Shown piece by piece: positions 47,556-57,675 of a stretch of DNA of 64,000 nucleotides. Below the pieces are notes generated by a model that saw only the letters and a program-made list of their open reading frames with translations, did no database searches and was not told the DNA's origin. The position numbers and the translations under genes were made by a program. The stretch is from Bacteroidales bacterium (GTDB taxonomy: Bacteria > Bacillota > Clostridia > Lachnospirales > Lachnospiraceae). The stretch's first letter is position 1; each line of letters opens with the position of its first letter. The stretch lies in assembly GCA_023664535.1 (NCBI GenBank), contig JAMPFJ010000010.1:9060-73059 (forward strand), written 5' to 3'.

Positions 47556-47855
47556 TTAACCATTCCGTTTCGCCGCATGCCTCCTTTCTCTCCGGTATGC
47601 CCTTATTTCCTCTCCAACTGTATTATAGTCCCGCTCAAACAGTTCCTCACTGAGCTGACGGCGTAAAACCTCTTCCGGTACTTTGAGCAGGATTTTATCT
47701 ATGACAAAATCCTTGCTTTTTTGCCTGTACTTCGGCATTCTGTTCAGCTCCTGAATATGAAACAATTCCGACCGCCAAAGCATAGTCAGCTTCTTTTTCC
47801 AATCTGCTTTCAGATTTTCCTTTGCCTCCCGCATCACATAATCCAAATCAATCAT
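47556..47855 (-). CDS. hypothetical basic protein
   Basis: 99-aa ORF 16 nt downstream of ecfT on the same strand. Lys/Arg-rich. No motif recognised. Confidence 0.5.
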   Translation of the reverse strand: MIDLDYVMREAKENLKADWKKKLTMLWRSELFHIQELNRMPKYRQKSKDFVIDKILLKVPEEVLRRQLSEELFERDYNTVGEEIRAYRRERRHAAKRNG

Positions 47856-47871
47856 TTTCTGGTGATTTTCA

Positions 47872-48675
47872 TTAAAACATTACTGCCAGCACAATCATTC
47901 CCGCCAGGTAAATTACCACAAAAATATAAGCAATACAGTCCTGTCTCCGGTATTGCAGCGGTTTCATTTTCGTCCTGCCCTCTCCGCCGTGATAGCACCT
48001 CGCATCCATTGCCAACGCCAGCTCGTCACTTCGCCTTATCGCCGCAACAAACAGCGGCACCACAATAGGCATCAGCTTTCTTAACCGGACAAACAGATTT
48101 CCCTCGCCGAAATCAATTCCCCTCGCCATCTGCGCCTTCATAATCTTGTCCAGCTCTTCCACCAGAATGGGAACAAACCGCAGGGCGATGGACATAATCA
48201 TAGCAAACTCATGCACCGGTACATTCCATTTCTTCATCCAGCCCAGCATTTTCTCCAAGCCGTCTGCCAGGACATTCGGCGTTGTGGTATAGGTCAGCAT
48301 GCTGGAACCGATAATCATCAATACCAGCTTTATCCCCAGATACACAGCAGAAGCCAGTCCTGCCTCCGTTATCCGGATAAATTTCCATTCCACCAGCGTT
48401 TTTACCCCCTGCACGGTAAACAGATTGACGAGCATCGTGAATAAAATGACCATCCCCAGCGCTTTCAATCCCTTTAATATAAATTTAAGCGGCACATGGG
48501 AGAGATAAATGCAGACAGACAATACCACAAATGCTGCCAGATACAAAAAAGGATTTCTTCCCAAAAACAAAGTTATCACATAAACAAAAGTAAATATAAT
48601 CTTTGTTCGCGAATCCAGACGGTGAATAACGGAGTCCGTATTATAAAATTGTCCGATTGTCATGTCTCTAACCAT
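47872..48675 (-). CDS. ecfT: ECF transporter transmembrane component
   Basis: CbiQ/EcfT family; C-terminal coupling helices ARGIDFGEG and RRSDELALAMDARCY. Confidence 0.92.
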   Translation of the reverse strand: MVRDMTIGQFYNTDSVIHRLDSRTKIIFTFVYVITLFLGRNPFLYLAAFVVLSVCIYLSHVPLKFILKGLKALGMVILFTMLVNLFTVQGVKTLVEWKFIRITEAGLASAVYLGIKLVLMIIGSSMLTYTTTPNVLADGLEKMLGWMKKWNVPVHEFAMIMSIALRFVPILVEELDKIMKAQMARGIDFGEGNLFVRLRKLMPIVVPLFVAAIRRSDELALAMDARCYHGGEGRTKMKPLQYRRQDCIAYIFVVIYLAGMIVLAVMF

Positions 48676-48739
48676 ATCCTCTACCTATTGACCTGTTTTA
48701 CAGTACAGCATTCACAGCCTATACTTACATAATAAACCG

Positions 48740-50524
48740 TTAATCCTTCAATTTCAACAGTTCTCCGCAAATATCTACCTGCCTTACTTTCGTTATATCC
48801 ACATCAATTCCCGCATTTTTCAAACCATTCAGCAAGCTAATTCCCACCGGCACAGAAAGTCCCAGCCTGTTTAATTCCTTCTCCTGCCTGAAAATCTCCC
48901 AGACAGCACCGTCCATACAGATTTTCCCCTGCTCCATGACTACAATGCGCTCCGCATATTCCGCCACTTCCTCCATGGTATGGGAAACCATAATAATGGT
49001 CATTCCCCGCTTTTCCTGTACTTCCTTTAACATATCCAGCAACGCTCTCGCAGAAACAGGGTCCAGACCCGCAGTAGGCTCATCCAGAATCAAATACTCC
49101 GGCTGCATTGCCAAAATCCCTGCAATGGCTGCCCGCCTTTTTTGTCCACCGGACAGCTGTAACGGCGATGTATCATAAATCGTATCCGGCAGTCCTACTG
49201 CCGCAATCGCCTCATACGCCCGTTTTTGCGCTTCAACTCTGGGAATATTCATGTTCTCAGGACCAAAGCAGACATCCTTTTCTACCGTCTCGGCGAACAG
49301 CTGGTATTCCGGATACTGAAACAACAGACCTGCCTTCTGCCGCAGCTCCTTTATGGGAAAATCCTTATCCGCAATATCCTGTCCATGGAAATACACATTC
49401 CCCTCTGTTGGCAGATACAAGCCGTTCAGATGTTGTATTAATGTGGACTTTCCCGAGCCGGTATGTCCGATTATCGCAATAAACTCGCCTTTGCCAATCT
49501 CAAGGTTCACATTTTGCAAAGCAATTTTCTCATCTGCAAATCCTTTATGATAAACATAGCTTACCTGGTTCAGGATAATCCCCTGGGTAAAATCCAGTCT
49601 TTTTTCTTTTTGCCTCCGCTCCTGCCAGTGTGTCACTTCCGCATCAGCATCACGCCTGCTGCCTGCATATTTACCGCTTAATTTATCGGTAAGCTCTTTC
49701 ACCGTCCCTATTTCCAGGCATTCCTTCTCCGATAAAAGCTCCTGTCCTTTCACGAAATTGAGGTATTCCTGCAATGCCGGCAGACAAAGGCCGCATTCCT
49801 CCAACAGCTCTTTTTGCTTAAACATCTGCGCCGGCGTTCCCTGCCCCGCCAGACTGCCGTCTTTCATCACAAAAACCCTGTCTGCGGATAAGACCTCATC
49901 CATATGATGGGTAATCAGGATAATCGTTATCCCCTTTTCTTCCTGCAGCCATTTAATCACCTTCATCATTTGCTTCCGCCCTCCAGGGTCCAGCATAGCC
50001 GTCGCTTCATCAAAAATAATGCATTTTGGCTCCATCGCCAGCACTCCTGCAATGGCTAGCCGCTGTTTCTGTCCGCCGGACAAATGATTGGGAGACTGAT
50101 TCCGGTATTTCTCCATTCCAATCACCGCTAAAGCATCAGTCACTCTGTTTTGAATATTTTCGGCGGGCACGCCCAGATTTTCCAATCCAAAAGCCACATC
50201 CTCCTCTACCAGATTTCCCACAATCTGATTATCCGGATTCTGAAATACCATTCCGGCAGTCTGACGGATTTTGAGCCTTACCTCCTCATCAAGCGTATCC
50301 ATTCCATCTACAATGACTTCCCCCCCGCCGGGCAGCAACAGCGCATTGATGTGTTTTGCCAGCGTTGATTTTCCCGAACCGTTACGCCCCAGAATGGCAA
50401 TAAACTCTCCAGGGTTCACCTCCAGGGAAACATCCTTTAGGGCTTCCACCATTTCCTCCACATTTCCCTCGGTATCCCGTCTGAAATATTCAAATGTAAG
50501 CTTCCTGATGTCCACCAGCTTCAT
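48740..50524 (-). CDS. ecfA: fused tandem ECF transporter ATPase (EcfA-EcfA' in one polypeptide)
   Basis: Single 594-aa ORF with two complete ABC modules. Walker A motifs are GRNGSGKST and GHTGSGKST. Signature motifs are LSGGQKQR and LSGGQKRR. A charged linker joins the modules around residues 275-305. Confidence 0.9.
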   Translation of the reverse strand: MKLVDIRKLTFEYFRRDTEGNVEEMVEALKDVSLEVNPGEFIAILGRNGSGKSTLAKHINALLLPGGGEVIVDGMDTLDEEVRLKIRQTAGMVFQNPDNQIVGNLVEEDVAFGLENLGVPAENIQNRVTDALAVIGMEKYRNQSPNHLSGGQKQRLAIAGVLAMEPKCIIFDEATAMLDPGGRKQMMKVIKWLQEEKGITIILITHHMDEVLSADRVFVMKDGSLAGQGTPAQMFKQKELLEECGLCLPALQEYLNFVKGQELLSEKECLEIGTVKELTDKLSGKYAGSRRDADAEVTHWQERRQKEKRLDFTQGIILNQVSYVYHKGFADEKIALQNVNLEIGKGEFIAIIGHTGSGKSTLIQHLNGLYLPTEGNVYFHGQDIADKDFPIKELRQKAGLLFQYPEYQLFAETVEKDVCFGPENMNIPRVEAQKRAYEAIAAVGLPDTIYDTSPLQLSGGQKRRAAIAGILAMQPEYLILDEPTAGLDPVSARALLDMLKEVQEKRGMTIIMVSHTMEEVAEYAERIVVMEQGKICMDGAVWEIFRQEKELNRLGLSVPVGISLLNGLKNAGIDVDITKVRQVDICGELLKLKD

Positions 50525-50595
50525 CTTCCGCCAATCCTTTCCTCCGGTTTATCTCCTAACGCTAAACATTGCAAAGTCCGTTATGCCCGGTTAAA

Positions 50596-50627
50596 CGAAA
50601 AAACAAGGGACTGTAAAACAGTCCCCT
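50596..50627 (-). terminator. Rho-independent terminator after rplQ
   Basis: Minus-strand hairpin aggggactg/cagtccctt followed by GTTTTTTCG. Confidence 0.8.
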
Positions 50628-50649
50628 ATCCTCTAAACGCTATAATGTC

Positions 50650-51186
50650 CTATACTAACTCAATAATTACTTCCATTGCAGCATCGCCCTTACGTGGCCC
50701 AATCTTAATAATTCTTGTATAACCACCGTTACGACCTGCATACTTAGGACCATACTCGTTAAATAACTTTTCCGTTAAATCAACTTTCTTGGTTCCTCTC
50801 TTCCTGCCAGCAGCATCCTCCGGAACCTCAACAACCGGATAAAGAACCTTTAACATCTGTCTTCTTGCATGCAGCTTAGAAGGCTGGTCTTTCTTTACGG
50901 TCTTCTCCACCTCGTCGTATACGGTCACCTTCTTGCCGTCTACAACTTCCTTGATTCGCTTGCCGTCCTTGTCCTTTTTTGCCACCTTAGCAGTTACGGT
51001 AACCTCTTCATAGTTATCTCTTTCCTTAACTGCCATCGTGATTAACCCTTCGGCAATCTTGCGGATTTCTTTCGCTCTTGCCTCCGTCGTTCTGATTTTT
51101 CCGTTATATAATAACTGAGTAACCTGATTGCGAAGTAACGCTTTTCTCTGTGCCTGTTTCTTTCCAAGCTTTCTATACATTGCCAT
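50650..51186 (-). CDS. rplQ: 50S ribosomal protein L17 (expanded, 178 aa)
   Basis: Conserved ends ([17 protein letters not shown]... and ...[25 protein letters not shown]) flank a K/E/V-rich internal insertion. Confidence 0.95.
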   Translation of the reverse strand: MAMYRKLGKKQAQRKALLRNQVTQLLYNGKIRTTEARAKEIRKIAEGLITMAVKERDNYEEVTVTAKVAKKDKDGKRIKEVVDGKKVTVYDEVEKTVKKDQPSKLHARRQMLKVLYPVVEVPEDAAGRKRGTKKVDLTEKLFNEYGPKYAGRNGGYTRIIKIGPRKGDAAMEVIIELV

Positions 51187-51244
51187 GATGTATGTCCTCC
51201 TTCACTTTGCTTACTATTATTCGGCTTAAGTGTTCTTTCTAAAC

Positions 51245-52201
51245 TTAGTCTTCTCCATTATTGAGGGATAATCCTAATTCCTTTAACTTATTTAAGACTT
51301 CCTCTAAGGACTTCCGTCCCAAGTTACGAACCTTCATCATATCCTCTGGAGTTTTGCTTGTTAATTCCTCTACTGTATTGATTCCTGCTCTCTTCAAGCA
51401 GTTAAATGAACGCACTGACAGCTCCAGCTCATCAATGTTCATCTCTAATACCTTCTCTTTCTCATTATCTTCTTTCTCTACCATAACCTCGGCAGCCTTT
51501 GCATTTTCCGATAAATCGATAAATAGGCTTAAATGCTCGCTTAACACCTTTGCTGCCAGACTTACTGCTTCATCCGGCGCTAATGTGCCGTTTGTATACA
51601 CATCCAGCGTAAGCTTATCATAATCTGTAATCTGACCGACACGCGTATTCTCTACCGTAAGATTTACACGCTCAACCGGTGTATAAATGGAATCTACCGC
51701 AATCACATCAATCGAGGTATCTTCCTTTTTATTTTTATCCGAGCCGACATAACCTCTGCCCTTAGTGATGGTAAGCTCCATATCAAATCTTGCTTCCGAA
51801 CCGCTTAAGGTTGCAATCACCAAATCCGGATTCAAAATTTCAATATCACTATCCACATGAATATCTGCCGCAGTAACTACACCTTCGCCAACATACTCAA
51901 TATAAGCCTGCTTCGGCTCATTGGAGCTGCTGTTATTCTTAATCGCTAATTCTTTGATGTTCATGATAATTTCAGTCACATCTTCTTTTACACCTGGTAT
52001 AGAACTAAACTCATGTAAAACGCCTTTGATTTTCACATAGCTTACGGCAGAACCCGGTAATGATGATAACATAATTCTTCTCAAAGAGTTACCAAGTGTC
52101 GTACCATAGCCTCTCTCTAAAGGTTCTACTACAAATTTACCGTATCTGTTGTCTTCTGAAATCTCTGCGATTTCAATTCTTGGTTTCTCGAATTCAAACA
52201 C
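51245..52201 (-). CDS. rpoA: DNA-directed RNA polymerase subunit alpha
   Basis: N-terminal [30 protein letters not shown] and the C-terminal domain [22 protein letters not shown]. Confidence 0.97.
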   Translation of the reverse strand: MFEFEKPRIEIAEISEDNRYGKFVVEPLERGYGTTLGNSLRRIMLSSLPGSAVSYVKIKGVLHEFSSIPGVKEDVTEIIMNIKELAIKNNSSSNEPKQAYIEYVGEGVVTAADIHVDSDIEILNPDLVIATLSGSEARFDMELTITKGRGYVGSDKNKKEDTSIDVIAVDSIYTPVERVNLTVENTRVGQITDYDKLTLDVYTNGTLAPDEAVSLAAKVLSEHLSLFIDLSENAKAAEVMVEKEDNEKEKVLEMNIDELELSVRSFNCLKRAGINTVEELTSKTPEDMMKVRNLGRKSLEEVLNKLKELGLSLNNGED

Positions 52202-52302
52202 GCCAGGAACCTCCTTTTATATTTTGTAATCCTCCTTATCCCAAAATAGCCTGCTGCAGAAAAACTCCGCACAGCCTATTTTGAACATCATCTGCTAAAG
52301 GA

Positions 52303-52896
52303 TTACTTAGAATACAGCTCGACGATAAGTGTTTCGTTTACCGGAACATCAATCTGTTCTCTTAACGGTAACTCAAGCACAGTACCGGAAAGATTCTCCT
52401 GGTCAGACTCCAGCCATGCCGGAACCAATCTTCCGCCTGTAACCTCTAAAATATCTTTGTATCTCTGGAGAGACTTGCTCTTCTCTCTGATTTCAATCTT
52501 ATCTCCTGCTTTTACTCTATAGGAAGGAATGTTGACTCTTTTACCGTTTACCAATACATGCTTATGGTCAACAATCTGTCTTGCCTCTTTACGAGTTCTT
52601 GCGAAACCTAAACGGAAAACAACATTATCCAGTCTGCACTCCAACAAAATCATTAAGTTCGGACCGGTTAATCCTTTCATTCTCTCTGCCGTTGCATAGA
52701 GATTACGGAAAGGCTTCTCTAATACGCCATAAATGAATTTTGCTTTCTGCTTTTCACGAAGTTGCAAGCCGTACTCACTCATTTTTCTATTTGCTCTGAC
52801 TAACTGTCTTTTTGACTTTTTATCAATTCCGAGATACATCGGCTCCATGCCTAAAGACCTGCATCTCTTAAGAACTGGGGTTCTATCTACTGCCAT
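52303..52896 (-). CDS. rpsD: 30S ribosomal protein S4
   Basis: S4 N-terminus and S4 RNA-binding domain ([22 protein letters not shown]). Confidence 0.97.
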   Translation of the reverse strand: MAVDRTPVLKRCRSLGMEPMYLGIDKKSKRQLVRANRKMSEYGLQLREKQKAKFIYGVLEKPFRNLYATAERMKGLTGPNLMILLECRLDNVVFRLGFARTRKEARQIVDHKHVLVNGKRVNIPSYRVKAGDKIEIREKSKSLQRYKDILEVTGGRLVPAWLESDQENLSGTVLELPLREQIDVPVNETLIVELYSK

Positions 52897-52912
52897 CTAA
52901 TTGTACCTCCTA

Positions 52913-53305
52913 TTACACTCTTCTACGTTTTGGCGGACGACATCCGTTATGCGGAACCGGTGTTACGTCACGAATACTAAGTACCTCAAGACCCGCTGCC
53001 TGAAGCGCACGGATTGCTGCTTCACGACCGGAGCCCGGTCCTTTAACCATAACGTCAACCTTCTTTAAGCCGTGGATAAGAGCTGCTTTTGTTGCAGTCT
53101 CTGCCGCCATCTGCGCTGCATAAGGAGTAGACTTCTTAGAGCCCTTAAATCCCAACTCGCCGGCACTTGCCCATGAAAGCGCATTACCTTCATTATCGGT
53201 TAATGTAACAATCGTATTATTAAAAGATGACTGAATATGAGCCTGTCCGTGCTCTACGTTCTTCTTCACACGCTTCTTCGTCACTTTTTTTGTAACTTTA
53301 GCCAT
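52913..53305 (-). CDS. rpsK: 30S ribosomal protein S11
   Basis: [18 protein letters not shown] motif. 130 aa. Confidence 0.97.
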   Translation of the reverse strand: MAKVTKKVTKKRVKKNVEHGQAHIQSSFNNTIVTLTDNEGNALSWASAGELGFKGSKKSTPYAAQMAAETATKAALIHGLKKVDVMVKGPGSGREAAIRALQAAGLEVLSIRDVTPVPHNGCRPPKRRRV

Positions 53306-53353
53306 TAGACTTAACCTCCTGTTAAATATAAATGAATCTTATATTAATCAACC

Positions 53354-53722
53354 TTATTTCTTCTTATTTGCAACAGTTCTCTTAGGACCCTTACGTGTTC
53401 TTGCATTCGTCTTGGTTTTCTGTCCACGAACCGGCAGTCCCTTTCTATGACGGATTCCACGATAACATCCAATTTCCTGTAAACGTTTAATATTTAAAGC
53501 GATTTCTCTACGTAAATCACCCTCTACCACCTGTGTTTCATTGATGATTTCGCTGATTCTCTTAACCTCATCATCCGTTAAATCACGGACACGGGTATCA
53601 GGATTAACCTTTGCTTCTTTTAAAATACGCTGAGATGATGGAAGTCCAATACCATAAATATAGGTAAGACCGATCTCAATACGTTTTTCTCTTGGTAAAT
53701 CAACACCTGAAATACGAGCCAT
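53354..53722 (-). CDS. rpsM: 30S ribosomal protein S13
   Basis: [26 protein letters not shown] start at 53722. The track ORF extends 32 codons further upstream, but that part is not S13-like. Confidence 0.96.
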   Translation of the reverse strand: MARISGVDLPREKRIEIGLTYIYGIGLPSSQRILKEAKVNPDTRVRDLTDDEVKRISEIINETQVVEGDLRREIALNIKRLQEIGCYRGIRHRKGLPVRGQKTKTNARTRKGPKRTVANKKK

Positions 53723-53997
53723 TGTGACTGTGCACCTCCATATAAAAATTCTTTTTCTTGAATATTCGAATAACAAAGCAATCAACGTATCCGTATGTGT
53801 CATACGGGTGAAATGCATACATCTTCACTCAGTTATCCACTCTATTGTTATGTTGTACAGGTAAATGACAAACCTGTACTACAGCCGCTTTCTAAATCAT
53901 CTTCCTTATGACTTGCCATAATGGAAGGAACTTCACACTGGGAATACAGTGCTACTTTGGTTTACAAACTCCACAAGGGATAAAGATGGGCCATCAT

Positions 53998-54111
53998 CTA
54001 ACCTTGTCTCTGTTTGTGCTTAGGATTCTCACAGATAACCCGGATACTACCTTTTCTTTTAATGACTTTGCACTTATCGCAAATTGGTTTTACGGATGCT
54101 CTAACCTTCAT
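53998..54111 (-). CDS. rpmJ: 50S ribosomal protein L36
   Basis: The minus-strand translation [37 protein letters not shown] (37 aa) is a canonical zinc-ribbon L36. It was too short for the ORF track. Confidence 0.95.
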   Translation of the reverse strand: MKVRASVKPICDKCKVIKRKGSIRVICENPKHKQRQG

Positions 54112-54213
54112 TAAAATCTCTCCTTTCAAAAAAGTCCGCTACGAATATCTATTCTATCATTTATATTTCTTCAATGCAAGCAAATTTTTCTATATTTTAC
54201 AAATTATTTTAAA

Positions 54214-54432
54214 TTATTTTTCTCTCCACTTAATTCTTCCTTTTGTTAAATCATAGGGAGACAATTCCAGGGTAACTTTATCGCCCGGTAAAATTTTAAT
54301 GTAATTCATTCTCAATTTACCGCTGATGTGCGCCAGCACCTCATGACCGTTTTCCAATTCCACCTTAAACATTGCATTCGGCAACTTTTCAACCACAGTT
54401 CCCTCAATTTCAATCACATCTGCCTTAGACAT
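54214..54432 (-). CDS. infA: translation initiation factor IF-1
   Basis: 72-aa S1-like OB fold: [38 protein letters not shown]. Confidence 0.97.
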   Translation of the reverse strand: MSKADVIEIEGTVVEKLPNAMFKVELENGHEVLAHISGKLRMNYIKILPGDKVTLELSPYDLTKGRIKWREK

Positions 54433-54539
54433 ATAAAATCCTCCTATTATAATTGCTATATCCTCTCATTTTCTGCACCCTGCCGTCCGTTGTCCTTTAT
54501 CCGGAAAACATCCGTCTATTCTTTATTACCCGCTTTTCT

Positions 54540-55307
54540 TTAAAGTGCAATCCCCGGAGCCTGCGACAGGATTTCCGGTTCTCCTTCGGTAATCAAAATC
54601 GTATTCTCATAGTGCGCAGACGGCATTCCGTCTTCCGTCACCACTGTCCAATCGTCATCTTCCCAATATACGTCGTATTCTCCCATATTAATCATCGGTT
54701 CCACGGCAATGGTCATTCCCGGGCGAAGCTTTGCTCCCCGTTTCATTCCCACAAAGTTTGGAACTTCAGGGTCTTCATGCAATTTGGAGCCGACCCCGTG
54801 CCCAATCAAATCCCTTACTACGGAATATCCGTGGGATTCTGCATACTCCTGTACGGCTCTTCCGATATCGACAACATGATTACCGGAAACCGCCTGCTTA
54901 ATCCCTTCAAAAAAGCACTCTCTGGTAACCTTTACCAGTTCCCTCACTTCCGCCGACGCTTCCGGCATAATCAGGGTTCTTGCCGCATCCGAATGATACC
55001 CTTTATAGATAACGCCCGCATCCAGGCTCACAATATCATCCTCCTGGATAATCCGCTTTTTATCGGGAATGCCATGAACGACCTCTTCGTTGATGGATAC
55101 ACAGATTGATGCCGGATACCCGTTATAATTAAGGAACGACGGGATACATCCAAAGCTTCGGATAATCTCCTCGCCGATACGGTCTACCTCCAATGTGGAC
55201 ATTCCCGGTTTAACCTGTTTCGCCAATTCATCATGGGTGATGGCAAGGATTCTCCCTGCCTCCCGCATAAGCTCAATTTCTGCTTTCGATTTAATTGAAA
55301 CTGCCAT
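54540..55307 (-). CDS. map: type I methionine aminopeptidase
   Basis: 255 aa with metal-ligand contexts (VSLDAGVIYKGYHSDAART, GHGVG, TIAVEP, YENT). Confidence 0.95.
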   Translation of the reverse strand: MAVSIKSKAEIELMREAGRILAITHDELAKQVKPGMSTLEVDRIGEEIIRSFGCIPSFLNYNGYPASICVSINEEVVHGIPDKKRIIQEDDIVSLDAGVIYKGYHSDAARTLIMPEASAEVRELVKVTRECFFEGIKQAVSGNHVVDIGRAVQEYAESHGYSVVRDLIGHGVGSKLHEDPEVPNFVGMKRGAKLRPGMTIAVEPMINMGEYDVYWEDDDWTVVTEDGMPSAHYENTILITEGEPEILSQAPGIAL

Positions 55308-55389
55308 TTCTGCCTCCTCATGAGCCGTCCGGACATGCCGTCATGCCCGGCTGACCCATAACCAAAAGTGAACATTCACTTTCCTTTTC

Positions 55390-56034
55390 TTACTTATCTA
55401 AAATTTTAACAATCTCTGCAAAGACTTCTTTCATGTCAACGGTTCCGTCTACCTCACGGGTAATTCCCTTATCGGTATAATAATCGATTAACGGCTGTGT
55501 CTGCTCGTGATATACGTTAAGTCTGTTCTTTACGGTCTCCGGCTTATCATCATCACGGATAATCAAATCCGCTCCACAGGTATCGCATTTTCCTTCTACC
55601 TTAGTCGGGCTGTAAACAATGTGATATGTAGCGCCGCAGCCTACACATGCACGTCTTCCGCCCATTCTGTTGATAATGTTTTCGTCAGGAACCTCTACAT
55701 TGATGGCATAATCTACATTTTCTCCGATAGCGGTTAACGCCTTATCCAATGCCTCTGCCTGAGGAATTGTTCTCGGAAAGCCATCCAATACATAGCCGTT
55801 TTCACAATCCGGCTCTTTAAACCGGTCAATTACCAGATCCACAACCAGTTCGTCTGGTACAAGCAAACCTTTATCCATATATTCCTTTGCCTTTGCTCCA
55901 AGCTCTGTGCCGTTCTTAATATTCGCCCGGAAAATATCTCCGGTTGAAATATGCGGAATCCCATATTTTGCAGCAATCATCTTCGCCTGCGTACCTTTTC
56001 CTGCCCCCGGTGCACCTAACATAATAATCTTCAT
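55390..56034 (-). CDS. adk: adenylate kinase
   Basis: P-loop [11 protein letters not shown] and zinc lid CVGCGATYH...CDTCG. Confidence 0.97.
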   Translation of the reverse strand: MKIIMLGAPGAGKGTQAKMIAAKYGIPHISTGDIFRANIKNGTELGAKAKEYMDKGLLVPDELVVDLVIDRFKEPDCENGYVLDGFPRTIPQAEALDKALTAIGENVDYAINVEVPDENIINRMGGRRACVGCGATYHIVYSPTKVEGKCDTCGADLIIRDDDKPETVKNRLNVYHEQTQPLIDYYTDKGITREVDGTVDMKEVFAEIVKILDK

Positions 56035-56092
56035 ACCTTGTCCTCCTTAAATTTTTTTACTCCGTTTCACAAAATAAATTGTCTACTCGCTT

Positions 56093-56248
56093 CATCTCGA
56101 TGTTCGTTTCACTCACCTGCTCCTCATGAATGAACGCATCTCGATTGCGCTTCGCTCCATCTCGATGTTCGTTTCACTCACATAGCTTTCTCAGAATGCC
56201 TGTAACTGCAAGCAGTTAAGGCATTCTTTAGAAAGCTGCGTTCATTCA
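56093..56248. repeat. intergenic repeat/palindromic element between secY and adk
   Basis: The direct 24-mer catctcgatgttcgtttcactcac occurs twice (56093-56116 and 56158-56181). A 12-bp perfect inverted repeat tgaatgaacgca/tgcgttcattca (56127-56138 and 56237-56248) encloses a long imperfect hairpin of about 23 bp (56184-56237). Confidence 0.75.
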
Positions 56249-56360
56249 ATGCGACAAACCGCAGGGATACAGCGCACTGTTTTCCTACGGTTTTTTTGTC
56301 TGTTTTTAGTTCTTTCCATTCCGCATTTTCCGCCATACCGTCTTATCGCCTTGATATCCC

Positions 56361-57674
56361 TTAGTTATTCAAAAACCCCGAATAGTTCCGAACCAGCATC
56401 TGTGATTCCAACTGTTTCATGGTTTCAAGGATAACTCCTACGATAATGATTAAGGATGTTCCGCCAAAGGAAACATCTGCCCGAAACATTCCGTTAAAGA
56501 AAATCGGGATAACCGCAACAATAATCAGTCCGACAACACCAATCAAAACAATGTAGTTCAGAATTTTATTTAAATAATCCTGCGTCGGCTTGCCAGGACG
56601 GATACCCGGAATAAAACCACCGCTCTTCTTGATATTATTTGCCACCTCCATCGGATTAAAGGTGATGGACGTATAGAAATAGGCAAAAATAATATTCAAT
56701 AAAATATAGATAACCAACCCGATGGATGCCCACGGAAACTCCGGATTAAACCAGTAATTCTGATTCATTCCCTGCAAAATCTTCTGCCATGTCGTTCCTG
56801 CCTGTATGTTAAACAGGTTGATGACAATAGACGGAACCGACAATAACGAAGAAGCAAAGATAACCGGAATAACACCCGCTGTATTTACTTTCAACGGAAT
56901 GTAGCTCGCCTGTGCGCCAGCCAGTCTTCTTCCCTGCACCTTCTTGGAATACTGAACCGGTATTCTGCGCTCTGCGTCCTGCAAAATGATAACCAGAACC
57001 GTTGTTCCGATGATGACAACTGCGATAATACAGAAAGCAATAACCGCCTGCACCATATCCTTACCCTTTACAAACATTGCATACAGATTTGACAAATCGT
57101 TCGGCATCCGGGAAACAATATTTATCAACAGGATAATGGAAATACCGTTACCGATACCTTTATCCGAAATTCTTTCACCCAGCCACATAATGATACAGCT
57201 TCCGGCTGTCAGGGTGACAATAATCGTTATGATGGTAAATATATTTGTCTCCCCCAAAACACCCTGTCGGGAAAAACCGATAGATAATCCGGCACTTTCA
57301 ATGATGGCAAGACCAACGGATACGCATCTGGTAATCTTGTTCATTTTCTTTTTACCGTCTTCACCATCCCGGTTCATTTCCTCCAAAGCAGGAATCGCAA
57401 TGGTCAGCAGCTGCATAATGATGGACGCCGTAATATACGGGGTAACGCTTAACGCAAATACTGACATGGACAAAAACGAGCCGCCGGTGAAGGAGTCAAT
57501 AAAGCTGTATGAGCTTCCTACAACACTCTCCAAATATGCCTGCACCTGTGCTACGTCAATACCCGGAATCGGCAGCTGACAGCCCAGACGCACAATCACT
57601 ACAATCCAGAATGTGTAAAATATTCTTTTCCTTAACTGTTCGATTTTGAATGCATTGATTAAGGTTTTGAACAT
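56361..57674 (-). CDS. secY: preprotein translocase subunit SecY
   Basis: 437 aa with 10 TM segments. Conserved N-terminus ...LRKRIFYTFWIVVIVRLG..IPIPGI. Confidence 0.97.
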   Translation of the reverse strand: MFKTLINAFKIEQLRKRIFYTFWIVVIVRLGCQLPIPGIDVAQVQAYLESVVGSSYSFIDSFTGGSFLSMSVFALSVTPYITASIIMQLLTIAIPALEEMNRDGEDGKKKMNKITRCVSVGLAIIESAGLSIGFSRQGVLGETNIFTIITIIVTLTAGSCIIMWLGERISDKGIGNGISIILLINIVSRMPNDLSNLYAMFVKGKDMVQAVIAFCIIAVVIIGTTVLVIILQDAERRIPVQYSKKVQGRRLAGAQASYIPLKVNTAGVIPVIFASSLLSVPSIVINLFNIQAGTTWQKILQGMNQNYWFNPEFPWASIGLVIYILLNIIFAYFYTSITFNPMEVANNIKKSGGFIPGIRPGKPTQDYLNKILNYIVLIGVVGLIIVAVIPIFFNGMFRADVSFGGTSLIIIVGVILETMKQLESQMLVRNYSGFLNN

Positions 57675-57675
57675 A

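Noticed and set aside
53723-53818. Extended 154-aa version of rpsM from the track (start at 53818).
   Set aside because: The extra 32 N-terminal residues are not S13-like. The canonical MARISGVD start with an upstream GGAGGTG is internal, so the extension is non-coding leader.
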